A stretch of 64,000 nt of DNA from assembly GCA_963663805.2 (NCBI GenBank), contig CAXXMR010000012.1:32001-96000 (forward strand), read 5' to 3'. The notes under the pieces were generated by a model. That model saw only the letters and a list, made by a program, of their open reading frames with translations. It was not told the DNA's origin and did not search any database. Position numbers and translations under genes: made by a program. How positions within the stretch are numbered: position 1 is the first letter of the stretch; every line of letters begins with the position of its first letter. Of the stretch, positions 48,617 through 57,879 are shown in pieces. The DNA is from Sedimentisphaerales bacterium. GTDB taxonomy: Bacteria > Planctomycetota > Phycisphaerae > Sedimentisphaerales > SM23-30.

Positions 48617-50098
48617 ATGGATTATCCGATTTGGGATGTGCCTTATCTGGGCGGGTCGATGATTATAGCGATTATATCGATTGTGCATGTATATATCGCT
48701 CAGTTTGCGGTAGGGGCGGGGATTTTTAACGCTCTAACCGAGAGTTTCAGTCTGAAACATGACGACGGGACTCTGCGGCAGTTTTTGCGGGATAACAGTA
48801 AATTTATTATTCTGCTGCCTTTTATCGGAGGTGTGGTTACGGGGGTTGGTATCTGGTTCAGTATCGCTCTGGTAAGCCCGGAGGCGACGGGGACGCTTAT
48901 TCATTTGTTTTTGTGGGGTTGGGCGATAGAGTGGGTGTTCTTTCTTTTGGAGATAGCAGCGGGTTACGTATATTTTTACGGTTGGGACCGGATGTCGGCC
49001 AAGGCTCATTGTGCGGTGGGTTGGGTTTACGCAATCGCGGCGTTTATGTCGCTGGTGGTAATTAACGGGATATTGAGTTTTATGCTGACGCCGGGCGGTT
49101 CGCTGGACAGCCCGGTCAAACCGATGGAGTTTAATTTCTGGGCGGGGGTGTTTAATCCGAGTTATTTCCCGTCACTGATTATGCGGACGGTAGTATGCCT
49201 GGCTTTGCCGGCGTTGTTTGCGATGCTGCTGGTAAATGTATGCAAAGGGTATGACCAGGAGCAGAAAAATAAGGTGATACAGCACGCGGCTCGCTATCTG
49301 CTGCCTTTGGCGGTTTTGGTTCCGGCGGCGGGCTGGTTTTTCGCTACGGTTCCGGATACGGCGTTTTATTATGTGAAGGGCGGGGCGATTGCGATGGTAA
49401 TGCTTATGGCGTTCGCCGCGGTGAGCCTGGCGTTGCTGGCGTTATATAGTTATATAGCGATAATCTGGCGGAAGGGGACGGTTAGTTTAGAAACGACGGC
49501 ACTGCTGATGGCGTTGGCGCTGATAGCGGGCGGTGCAGGTGAGTTTGTGCGGGAGGGGATGCGCAAGCCGTTTCTGATTTGGGGACATGCTTACAGTAAT
49601 GGGATAGTCAGGGCTGATATACCGGCGATGCGGGATAAGATAAACGCTATGCCGCGTGATGACAAGACAGCTTTGATATTTTGTCCGTGGCGGGTTGTGC
49701 CGTCGGAGGGTGGTCTGGATGCTGAGGCGGTTCAGGCGGCTTATGTGTCGGGTGATTTCAGTTTGTTCAATGAGGTTAAGGATGTGGTGCGGGGGAAATG
49801 GCTATTTAAGAGTCAGTGTGCCCGGTGTCATTGCATCGAGGGGTACAACGGGATATTGCCGCTGGTGAAGAACTGGTCGCCGGCGATGCTGAACCGGGCT
49901 TTGCAGGAGTTGGACCAGGTTAAGGCGTTTATGCCGCCTTTTGTGGGCAGCGGGCGGGACCGGCAGGATCTGGCTCAATATATGCATAATCTGCAGGGCG
50001 GGTGTACGCGTTGTCATGATAATGTGGATGACGAGGGGAATCTGCTGGACGCGGAAAAGAAGATAACCATCAAAGCAGACTGGGAGCCTGAAATATGA
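48617..50098 (+). CDS. Cytochrome bd subunit I (CydA)-like protein fused to a c-type cytochrome domain
   Basis: IVHVYIAQFAVG, GVVTGVG, WAIEWVFFLLE and FVREGMRKP in a multi-TM core; CARCH and CTRCH near the C-terminus. Confidence 0.8.
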   Translation: MDYPIWDVPYLGGSMIIAIISIVHVYIAQFAVGAGIFNALTESFSLKHDDGTLRQFLRDNSKFIILLPFIGGVVTGVGIWFSIALVSPEATGTLIHLFLWGWAIEWVFFLLEIAAGYVYFYGWDRMSAKAHCAVGWVYAIAAFMSLVVINGILSFMLTPGGSLDSPVKPMEFNFWAGVFNPSYFPSLIMRTVVCLALPALFAMLLVNVCKGYDQEQKNKVIQHAARYLLPLAVLVPAAGWFFATVPDTAFYYVKGGAIAMVMLMAFAAVSLALLALYSYIAIIWRKGTVSLETTALLMALALIAGGAGEFVREGMRKPFLIWGHAYSNGIVRADIPAMRDKINAMPRDDKTALIFCPWRVVPSEGGLDAEAVQAAYVSGDFSLFNEVKDVVRGKWLFKSQCARCHCIEGYNGILPLVKNWSPAMLNRALQELDQVKAFMPPFVGSGRDRQDLAQYMHNLQGGCTRCHDNVDDEGNLLDAEKKITIKADWEPEI

Positions 50099-51231
50099 TA
50101 GATATGATACTTGGAATTGTGCCTGTACCGGATATCAGCGGCTGGTCTTTACCAGGTCCGGCGTGGCTGTTGATGGAGTTGAGTATCTTCACGTTCTGGC
50201 TGCACCTGATAGGCGTGGGGGTGGTGCTGGGCGGTTCGTGCATTCTTTTGCTGCGGCGGTTAGGACTGGGGGGGCGGTCGGAGATCGATACGCAGTTGAA
50301 CGAAGGGGTACTCAAGACTTTGCCGGTATTTATGTCGTTTACGATAACGCTGGGGGTGGCACCGCTGTTGTTTACGCAGGCTTTGTATGGCCAATATTTT
50401 TATACGGCGAATATTCTAATAGGCGAGTTTTGGCTGGGAACACTGGGATTTCTGCTGGTGGGGTTCGCGGGGCTGTATCTGGTATGGTATTTTCGTAATA
50501 AAAAGTTGGGGTTTTTATTTAGCGTTGCGGTGCCGGTGTGCCTTTTCAGCGTGCTGTATATATTTACGAATAACGCGATTCTGGCGGTTCAGCCGGAACA
50601 TTGGGACGCTTTTAATGAGTCGGTTCGCTATCTGCATGTGAAGGACGCGATTACTCTGCCGCGGCTGCTGCATAATTTTGGGGCGGCGTTTTTGATTGGT
50701 GGATTGGGGATTGTGTGGATAGGTAAGCTGCGGGCGGCGGACGCTGATTCGGCGGCGTATGCTACGCGGACGGGTTTGCAGTGGTTTATGCTGGGCTGGG
50801 TTATGCAGGTAGGGTTTGGTTTGTGGTATCTGCTGTCGCTGCCGGTTGAAATGCGGGACAGGATGTTGGGGTTTGGGACGATAAACAGTCAGTTATGGTA
50901 TGTAGCATTGGCTCTGGCGGCGTTGAATTTTGTGACGGCATTACAGGGGATAATGAATCCTCGTAAAGTGATTTGGCCGACGTTGAGTACGCTTCTACCG
51001 GTTTTGGGATTGGTGGGGATGATAATGGCTCGTCAGCAGTTGCGTCAGGATTATGTGGGTCGCGAGCAGGCAGGCGGGTTCAGTATTTACCGGGACTGGC
51101 CGGTTGATACTCAGGTGGTGCCGATGGTATTGTTCTTTGGTCTGCTGGTAGTGGGGCTGGTGATTGTGGGGGTTATGGTGGGAAAGTTTTGGGAGGCGGG
51201 CCAGAGACGCGAATTTAACGGCAAGGTATAA
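50095..51231 (+). CDS. Multi-TM partner subunit of the bd-like complex
   Basis: ATGA-coupled; about 9 TM helices; FWLH, TITLGVAPLLF and PRLLH. Confidence 0.7.
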   Translation: MIDMILGIVPVPDISGWSLPGPAWLLMELSIFTFWLHLIGVGVVLGGSCILLLRRLGLGGRSEIDTQLNEGVLKTLPVFMSFTITLGVAPLLFTQALYGQYFYTANILIGEFWLGTLGFLLVGFAGLYLVWYFRNKKLGFLFSVAVPVCLFSVLYIFTNNAILAVQPEHWDAFNESVRYLHVKDAITLPRLLHNFGAAFLIGGLGIVWIGKLRAADADSAAYATRTGLQWFMLGWVMQVGFGLWYLLSLPVEMRDRMLGFGTINSQLWYVALALAALNFVTALQGIMNPRKVIWPTLSTLLPVLGLVGMIMARQQLRQDYVGREQAGGFSIYRDWPVDTQVVPMVLFFGLLVVGLVIVGVMVGKFWEAGQRREFNGKV

Positions 51232-51365
51232 GGCCGAACGGTTTAATAGCGACATCGATGACGCGACACCTGCCTTTGGCGGGGATTGTTTACGAACCGG
51301 CGTCGGGGCGGCAAAGCCCGACAAATGCATGGGAAATGCATATTTAAAAATGTTGGGAAGATTTC

Positions 51366-51393
51366 TTGACAGGGCGGGTTTTGTAACTAAAAT
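51366..51393 (+). promoter_or_regulatory. sigma70 promoter of tRNA-Leu
   Basis: TTGACA-N16-TAAAAT. Confidence 0.7.
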
Positions 51394-51408
51394 GGCTGGA
51401 CTTGGTTC

Positions 51409-51492
51409 GCGGATGTGGCGGAATAGGCAGACGCGCAGGCTTCAGGTGCCTGTGGGGGCAACCCCGTGGAGGTTCGACTCCTCTCATCCGCA
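51409..51492 (+). tRNA. tRNA-Leu (anticodon CAG), CCA not encoded
   Basis: Acceptor stem GCGGATG/CATCCGC+A, anticodon arm CAGGC-TTCAGGT-GCCTG, long variable arm and GGTTCGACTCC T arm. Confidence 0.96.
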
Positions 51493-51559
51493 GTGAACCG
51501 GGTACCCGACGACAGCGAAAAATGTTGATGAGAAAAAAGTTAATTTTTCCTTTTTTTTC

Positions 51560-51588
51560 TTGACCGATTCTCGTTGGCGAGTTAAGAT
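51560..51588 (+). promoter_or_regulatory. Candidate sigma70 promoter
   Basis: TTGACC-N17-TAAGAT with AT-rich upstream sequence. Confidence 0.6.
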
Positions 51589-51594
51589 TACCTC

Positions 51595-51698
51595 AGTGAT
51601 TCGGAAATAACAGTCTTCGGGCTGATTACGAACCACGGCGAGGGCGCATGGATTGCCAGTTTCCCCCCCGACTGGCCCCATCACCTCGCCATTTTTTT
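51595..51698 (+). ncRNA. Candidate ~100-nt structured RNA (sRNA or attenuating leader)
   Basis: Hairpin CAGTC-TTCG-GGCTG, then a long hairpin GGCGAGG..ATGG..GCCAGT-TTCCCCCCG-ACTGGC..CCAT..CCTCGCC and a T7 run. Confidence 0.5.
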
Positions 51699-51792
51699 GC
51701 GCATATCTAAAAAATCGCTTTATTAGTTCTAAAAATGACTTATAATCAATCTCCAGAAGCTCGTTCAATCAACTTTTTTTATGAGGAAGTAG

Positions 51793-53421
51793 ATGAGTCT
51801 GCGTCTGAAAAATCTTACGGCAGCTACTTATATCAGTCTTAGTACCGCGGTTTTGTTTCTTTTGGCGACGCTGGTGGGAATTTGGGTAATTAATTATAGG
51901 GAACAGCAACTTGCGTTTGAGGTGGCAGAGGAAAAGGCCCAGATACTGATAGACCGGAATCTGGCGACCCATACTTATTTCACTCATCAGCTAAAACCTG
52001 ATTTATTCAAGGCGATTGATGCTTTGGACATGCCGGACTATTTTAATCCGGTATGGATGTCATCCACCTATGCGGTCAGGGGTATTGAGAAGTATTATCA
52101 GCAGTTGAGTGATGAGGGGTATTATTACAAAGAGTGTGCGATAAACGCTCGTTCGCCGGAAAATGAGGCGGATGAGTTTGAGAAAGATTTTATTGAGAAG
52201 ATTAACGCTGATGAGAATTTGGAGAAGTGGGCGGGCCGACGCGAGATTAATGGTCAGGATTATTATGTGTTGATGAGGCGGGGTGAGGTTATGGGGCAGT
52301 CGTGTCTGCGTTGTCATAATACCGCGACCGAAGCACCAGCGGGTATGGTAGATATATACGGGCCTGAGCGATCTTTCGGTCGTAAGGAAGGTGAGGTCGT
52401 ATCAGCAATCTCGATTCGGATACCTGTTTCTGAGGCCTTGGCGGCAGCTAATGACTATTCCTTTGATTTGGTTTTGTTGCTGGTGATAACGCTGGGGTTG
52501 ATATTCCTGGGGCAATATCTTTGTAATCGTCATTTTATTTATGGTCCTTTGACGCGGATTCGTCAGAAGGCTGAACGGGTGGCCAATAATGTCGAGGCTT
52601 TGGGGGAGGAGTTGCCTTTGCCCCGCGGTATTCAATTGCGTATTTTGGTTGAAAATCTTAACAAGATGTCCGGCAGCTTGAAATACAATCATGACCATTT
52701 GGAAGAGGAAGTGCTAAAGCGGACACAAGAGTTGGAGCTGGCGAATGAGGAGCTGGAGCGTTTTACTTATGTGGTAGCTCATGATTTACGCAGTCCGATG
52801 ATTACTATAAAGGGGTTCGCCAGTGAGCTTAAACGCAGTCTGGCAGAAAGTGCCAGTGAAGACCAGCAAGTCTTTCTGGATATGATCGAGGAGGGCATTG
52901 GCAAGCTGGATGGTTTTATAGAAAGTACGTTGAAGCTGTCGCGGGCGGGCCGGGTGATTGAGATTCCGGTGGCTGTTGATATGAATGAAGTGGTTTCCGA
53001 AGCGGTTGAGCGTATTGAAGGACGTTTGCAGGCAGTTGAGGGCGTCATCGAAATTGCGTCGGGCTTACCGGTAGTAATGGGCGACAAAATTCGGCTGATT
53101 CAGGTGGTGCAGAATCTACTTGATAATTCAGTTAAGTACAGGCAGGAGGGGCAGCCGCTGAAGATAGAATTGGGCTTTAAGGAACAAGGCGGCGAAGCGG
53201 TATTTTTTGTTAAGGATAATGGACGGGGGATAGAAGAAAAATATCTTAAAATGATATTCCGGGGGTTCAGTCTGTCAAGCGTCGGAGAGGGTGGATATGG
53301 TATTGGCTTAGTGACGGTTAAACGAATCGTTGAGGTACACAAGGGGCGGGTATGGGTTGAGTCGGGGGGAGTTGGGCAAGGGGCGGTGTTTTATTTCAGT
53401 TTGCCGGTGGTGAGACAGTAA
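51793..53421 (+). CDS. Sensor histidine kinase with periplasmic DUF3365/Tll0287-like c-heme domain
   Basis: TM helix, NARSPENEAD, CLRCH, second TM helix, HAMP-like linker, AHDLRSPM, DNGRG and GIGL. Confidence 0.88.
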   Translation: MSLRLKNLTAATYISLSTAVLFLLATLVGIWVINYREQQLAFEVAEEKAQILIDRNLATHTYFTHQLKPDLFKAIDALDMPDYFNPVWMSSTYAVRGIEKYYQQLSDEGYYYKECAINARSPENEADEFEKDFIEKINADENLEKWAGRREINGQDYYVLMRRGEVMGQSCLRCHNTATEAPAGMVDIYGPERSFGRKEGEVVSAISIRIPVSEALAAANDYSFDLVLLLVITLGLIFLGQYLCNRHFIYGPLTRIRQKAERVANNVEALGEELPLPRGIQLRILVENLNKMSGSLKYNHDHLEEEVLKRTQELELANEELERFTYVVAHDLRSPMITIKGFASELKRSLAESASEDQQVFLDMIEEGIGKLDGFIESTLKLSRAGRVIEIPVAVDMNEVVSEAVERIEGRLQAVEGVIEIASGLPVVMGDKIRLIQVVQNLLDNSVKYRQEGQPLKIELGFKEQGGEAVFFVKDNGRGIEEKYLKMIFRGFSLSSVGEGGYGIGLVTVKRIVEVHKGRVWVESGGVGQGAVFYFSLPVVRQ

Positions 53422-53424
53422 TTG

Positions 53425-53823
53425 TTAGTCTGAACAGATTTTTACGTGCATACGACGGTTGCGGGGACCGTCGAATTCGCAAAAGTATATGCCCTGCCAG
53501 GTGCCCAGCAGCAGTCGGGAATTTTCGATGATGACAGTCAGGATCGGCCCTACCAGTGAAGATTTGACGTGGGAGTCGGAGTTGCCCTCGCAATGGCGGT
53601 AACCTTTGCGGAGATGGGGCAGCAGTTCGTCTAGGGTAAGAATAATGTCGTGGCAGACATCGGGGTCAGCGTTTTCATTGATGGTGATGGCCGCGGTGGT
53701 GTGGGGGATGGAAATCACGGCCAGTCCTGAAATTACACCACTTTCAGAGACCACCTGAGCGATAAGGTCGGTTACGTCGATAAGCTGATTTCTTTGACTG
53801 GTCTTGACATCGAAGGTTTGCAT
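53425..53823 (-). CDS. yjbQ: YjbQ/UPF0047 protein
   Basis: PHTTAAITINENADPDV, GNSDSHVKS and LGTWQGIYFCEFDGPR. Confidence 0.93.
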   Translation of the reverse strand: MQTFDVKTSQRNQLIDVTDLIAQVVSESGVISGLAVISIPHTTAAITINENADPDVCHDIILTLDELLPHLRKGYRHCEGNSDSHVKSSLVGPILTVIIENSRLLLGTWQGIYFCEFDGPRNRRMHVKICSD

Positions 53824-53990
53824 GTTGTCCTCTATATGGTTTTGGCTTGCCAGTTGGGTTGGATAGCCTACAATGTTTAGCCTTGTGTTAAGGCGAAGAT
53901 TATTTTAGCGGTCGTGGGCGGGACAGGCTAGTTGAAAAGATAAATTGCTTTTTAGTAGGTATTTATGAGTTTTTGTGGGAAAGATAATTG

Positions 53991-54848
53991 ATGGCAAGTG
54001 CCCGGTTGATGAAGTTGGAATGTGATGACCTGGAGTTGGTGGGCTATTCGGTTGCGGGCGAGGAGACGGTAGTGGCGGCTCCGAGTCTGGATGTTTGTTT
54101 TGATATTGGCAAGGCTCCCGATGATGTTCTGCCGGTGAACCATGTTTTGTTGAGTCATGGCCATATGGACCATGCGGCGGGGATTGCTTATTATTTTTCG
54201 CAGCGGGATTTTCGGGAGATGGCACCGGGTACGGCGCTAGTGCCGGCGAGTCTGGGTAATGTGATTGAGCATTTACTGGATACGTGGGGGCGGCTGGATG
54301 GTTCGCGGCCGCCGGGCAAAATCGTGGAGATGGAGCCGGGCCAGGAATATGAGATAAGGCGGGGGCTGTTCGCTTACGCGTTCGCGACGAATCATTGTTA
54401 TGGCTCACTGGGTTTTACGGTGATTGACCGGCGAAAAAAGCTCAAGGATGAATATCTGGGGCTGAGCGGGCCGGAAATTGTGGCACTGAAAAAGAAAGGT
54501 GTCGAGATTACCAATACAGTGAGTGTGCCGCTAGTGACGTATCTGGGTGATACGATGGGCGGGGATTTTGAAAAGCTGGATTGCGTGCGAAAAAGCAAGG
54601 TTTTAATCGCAGAATGCACGTTTTTTGACCCGGATCATCACGACCGGGCGCGGGCGGGGCGACATTATCATTTTGATGCATTGGCGCGGGTTTTGGGAGA
54701 TTTTGAGAACGAGCATGTTGTTTTGACGCATCTTAGTCGGCGGACGGATATTCGGCTGGCACGTAAGGCGGTTGACGCGGTATTAGCACCGGAACTGGCG
54801 GGTCGGGTACGTTTTTTGATGGAGAGGCCCAGAAGAGGCAAGGTCTGA
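53991..54848 (+). CDS. Metallo-beta-lactamase-fold nuclease, short RNase Z-like
   Basis: FDIG, SHGHMDH, KLKDEYLGLSGPEI arm, GDT, ECTF and THLSRR. Confidence 0.8.
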   Translation: MASARLMKLECDDLELVGYSVAGEETVVAAPSLDVCFDIGKAPDDVLPVNHVLLSHGHMDHAAGIAYYFSQRDFREMAPGTALVPASLGNVIEHLLDTWGRLDGSRPPGKIVEMEPGQEYEIRRGLFAYAFATNHCYGSLGFTVIDRRKKLKDEYLGLSGPEIVALKKKGVEITNTVSVPLVTYLGDTMGGDFEKLDCVRKSKVLIAECTFFDPDHHDRARAGRHYHFDALARVLGDFENEHVVLTHLSRRTDIRLARKAVDAVLAPELAGRVRFLMERPRRGKV

Positions 54849-55517
54849 GCGGAACGTAAGTACCGGTCTGGTCTGGGTTTTCAGCACATGGCGGCAAAAG
54901 ATGCTATGGCCAGGGCCAGGTAACGATATTTGCGACGCATGAACATCGAAAAAGTGTAATAGTAAACTTCCATCGCCAATACTCCTAAAGTTTAGCTGTT
55001 TCATGCCTTCTTTATAGGTAATGGCAAAGGGTGTGCCGGGAGAGGTTTTTCAGGGGTGGTGTTGTAAGTTATTGTTTTTGCAGGGTTTAGGGGTGGGGAA
55101 AATTTAAAATTGATTATGGGGACGTTGCGGCCTTTGCGGGGGTGTTGATTTGGGGCAACATTTGGGGAGGTTATAGAGAAGTAAGTGTATTGGTGGTAAT
55201 TGTTTAGGAATAATGTTGACAGTGATCGCAGTTAGGGGGACGGGGATGGATTGGGGCATCATTTTATCGGAGAGGGCGTGCGAAAACCTCAAAAAACAGC
55301 GTAAACAAGCCTTAACGTACCGTTTTTTCACGTTTTTTTGTTTTTTTTAAACGTTTTTTGGCATTTTTGAGCGTTTTTGAGCGTTTTCTTGGAAATTTGG
55401 AGACTAAAGTCGGGTGGAAAGTGCATCTGCAAGCGAAAAAGAGATTTGACCTCTTTTTCAGAGAAGTTTGTGTATGAACATTTCTTCTGCCGAATCATAA
55501 TAGTAGAATAGGGTGCT

Positions 55518-56099
55518 ATGGAAATGAAACCGAGACAATTGAATGAAGCTGCTTTGGCTAGTCAGGCCCGCGATGGCGACCAGCAGGCGTTGCTGGAACT
55601 GGTCAACCGGAACTGGACCTGGCTTAAAGGGTTACTATACAACGTTTTACAGAATTCTGACGACGTGGACGAGGTTCTTCAGAATGTATGTATTGTTCTG
55701 ATAGAGAAAATCGAGAACCTGCGTGAGCCTGAGCGTTTTAAGCCCTGGCTGGCGACCGTGGCCCGCAACTCGGCGTTGGCTTACCGTAAACAGCGCAGCC
55801 GCAAGCCGATACAACTGGACGAACTGATAGCCGCTCAGCAGCAGGACCACCAGGACGATGCCCTTACCCGACTGGCGGTAGATGAACAGCACAACTCGAT
55901 CCTTCAAGCCGTAAAGGAATTACCCGAAAAATATCGTGAGGTCTTCATTCTCAAGCACTTGAAAGATGCCAGCTACGCGGAAATCGCAGAGACTCTCGAT
56001 ATTGCCGTCACCACGGTACAAATCAGACTGGTCCGGGCCCGCCGCATGATACAGAACAAGCTGACCGGCAAACCCAATGACAAAATACCTCGTACCTGA
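55518..56099 (+). CDS. ECF RNA polymerase sigma factor
   Basis: DEVLQNV, FKPWLATVARN, LPEKYREVFIL, SYAEIAETL and TVQIRLVRAR. Confidence 0.92.
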   Translation: MEMKPRQLNEAALASQARDGDQQALLELVNRNWTWLKGLLYNVLQNSDDVDEVLQNVCIVLIEKIENLREPERFKPWLATVARNSALAYRKQRSRKPIQLDELIAAQQQDHQDDALTRLAVDEQHNSILQAVKELPEKYREVFILKHLKDASYAEIAETLDIAVTTVQIRLVRARRMIQNKLTGKPNDKIPRT

Positions 56100-56110
56100 G
56101 GAGCTTTAGT

Positions 56111-56716
56111 ATGAACTCTGAAATGACCGAAATCCTGATAAATAAATATCTCGACAGCGAAATAACTCCGGCAGAACAGCAGATGCTGGATGCTGAACTG
56201 GAGCAGAATCCGCAAAGTCGTCTGCTTCTGGCGGAACTTACTCAGCTTCACCAGCAGGCCCGCGAAGTTCTGACGGTGGAACTTCTGGAAAAAGGTGAGA
56301 GCGTCGAGGTAATCTTCCAACGGGCCCAGCATCTGGTTCAGGCCAAAACCCGAACCTCTCGTCGGCGTAACTGGACCAAAATTATTTTTCATATGGCCGC
56401 AGGCTTTGTACTGGCTTTGGGTATTATGTCTGCCCACGATTACAGCCGGCGACCAGCTGTGAACAGTGTTCCAATGGCGGCGGAAACCAACCAGAATGAA
56501 CAACCGGTAACGGCTGCCATTGAACCCGCACCGGCTAGTCGTAGTCTGGCAAACAGCAACCTTGCTCGACCATCCTTTAATGTTGATAATCAAAATCGTC
56601 GGCCTAACCGTCAGGTCAACTGGTACAGCTATACCGAGCCGGACGGCACACGGTGGATGATTGAGAATTATCGCGAAAAACCTGTTTCGACTGCCGCTTA
56701 CCACGGCGATCTATAA
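56111..56716 (+). CDS. Probable transmembrane anti-sigma factor
   Basis: INKYLDSEIT...L N-terminal anti-sigma-like domain, single TM helix, directly downstream of the ECF gene. Confidence 0.75.
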   Translation: MNSEMTEILINKYLDSEITPAEQQMLDAELEQNPQSRLLLAELTQLHQQAREVLTVELLEKGESVEVIFQRAQHLVQAKTRTSRRRNWTKIIFHMAAGFVLALGIMSAHDYSRRPAVNSVPMAAETNQNEQPVTAAIEPAPASRSLANSNLARPSFNVDNQNRRPNRQVNWYSYTEPDGTRWMIENYREKPVSTAAYHGDL

Positions 56717-56735
56717 TAATCAGGAGAGCATAGCC

Positions 56736-57763
56736 ATGAGAACTTTTCTTAAAAAGCTGGTCGGCATCGTCGCCGGGTTACTCCTTACCTTGTATTCATG
56801 CAGCACTAACGCTGAGCAACTCGGTCGGCCATTCATTGGTGTGCGGCTGGACCCTAACCCTCTGCCTACGCTTATAACCAGACATCTCCAACTGGAGCCA
56901 AACGCCGGGTTGCGTATCATAAACATCCAGCGGGGCGGTCCGGCGGACAAGGCAGGTCTGGAAAAAGATGATATTATTATCAGCTTCCAGGGTAAGACGG
57001 TTATGAATATGACGCTTTTGTAGAGGCCATCAACGAAGAAGGGCCGGGCAAAGAAGTACAACTGCAAATAATTCATGACGGTGTAAGAAAAAATATCAAA
57101 CTAATGCTCGGTTCTTTTACCGATAACTCGCCGGAGCCTGAATGGAAATATCCTCATCAGCCTCTGATGAGTGAACACAGTCAGCCGGGTCGGGTTTTTC
57201 AAATGCCGCCGGGCGGCAACTCGTGGCAGCAGGTACCGTTTGATAAATTTCCGGGCACGAACAGTCATACGCAGCGGTTCTTTGAGCAGAAGTTTATCTT
57301 CAATCACAAGGTCAACGGTAAAGGCTGGCAGATAACCATTACGGGTGACCCTAAGAGTAATGATGCCCGCATAACCGTTGAAGGTGAGGGTCGGAATTAT
57401 GAAATCACCGCTGACCAGATAGCCAAACTGCCGCCGGAACTACAGCAGCCGGTCAGTGAGGCCCTGGAGTCAGCTCGTGAGTCGTCAAGTTCGAACGGTT
57501 TTGGTTTTGATTTTAAATCTCATTTCAATGATAGTGAAATTTTGCAGGATATTCATCAGAGAATGCAGGCAATGAACGAGCGAATGGATGAGATGTATCG
57601 TGACTTCAACAGTCAGCACGGGCAGAAGATGGACGCAATGAAACAATGGTTCCTTGACCGGCAAGAAAAACTGTTCCGGCAGTTCGGCGGTGATGATAAT
57701 AACAATGGTTTGATTCTGCCGGACGATCCTAATCTGGAACAGGATGCGGAAGAGACAATGTAG
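56736..57763 (+). CDS. Exported PDZ-domain protein with one apparent frameshift (about 57001)
   Basis: FIGV...GLRI...GGPADKAGLEKDDII. Adding one T at GTTAT restores YEYDAFVEAI...KLMLGSF and joins the 57104 ORF. Confidence 0.8.
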
Positions 57764-57781
57764 GTTTTCTGGTCGGTGACT

Positions 57782-57845
57782 AACGGAGATTTTTAGTCGC
57801 GGATTAACGGATAACGGCACCGCTTACTAACGTGCGCGGCTCTGA
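57782..57845 (+). repeat. Family B repeat, partial copy
   Basis: AACGGAGATTTTTAGTCGCGGATTA...AACGGCACCGCTTACTAACGTGCGCGGCTCTG. Confidence 0.75.
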
Positions 57846-57879
57846 TATGTACGCGGTTCTGATATGTAAGAATTAAGGG

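Noticed and set aside
51409..53421. Integrative island at tRNA-Leu
   Set aside because: No integrase and no duplicated tRNA 3' end seen in the window.
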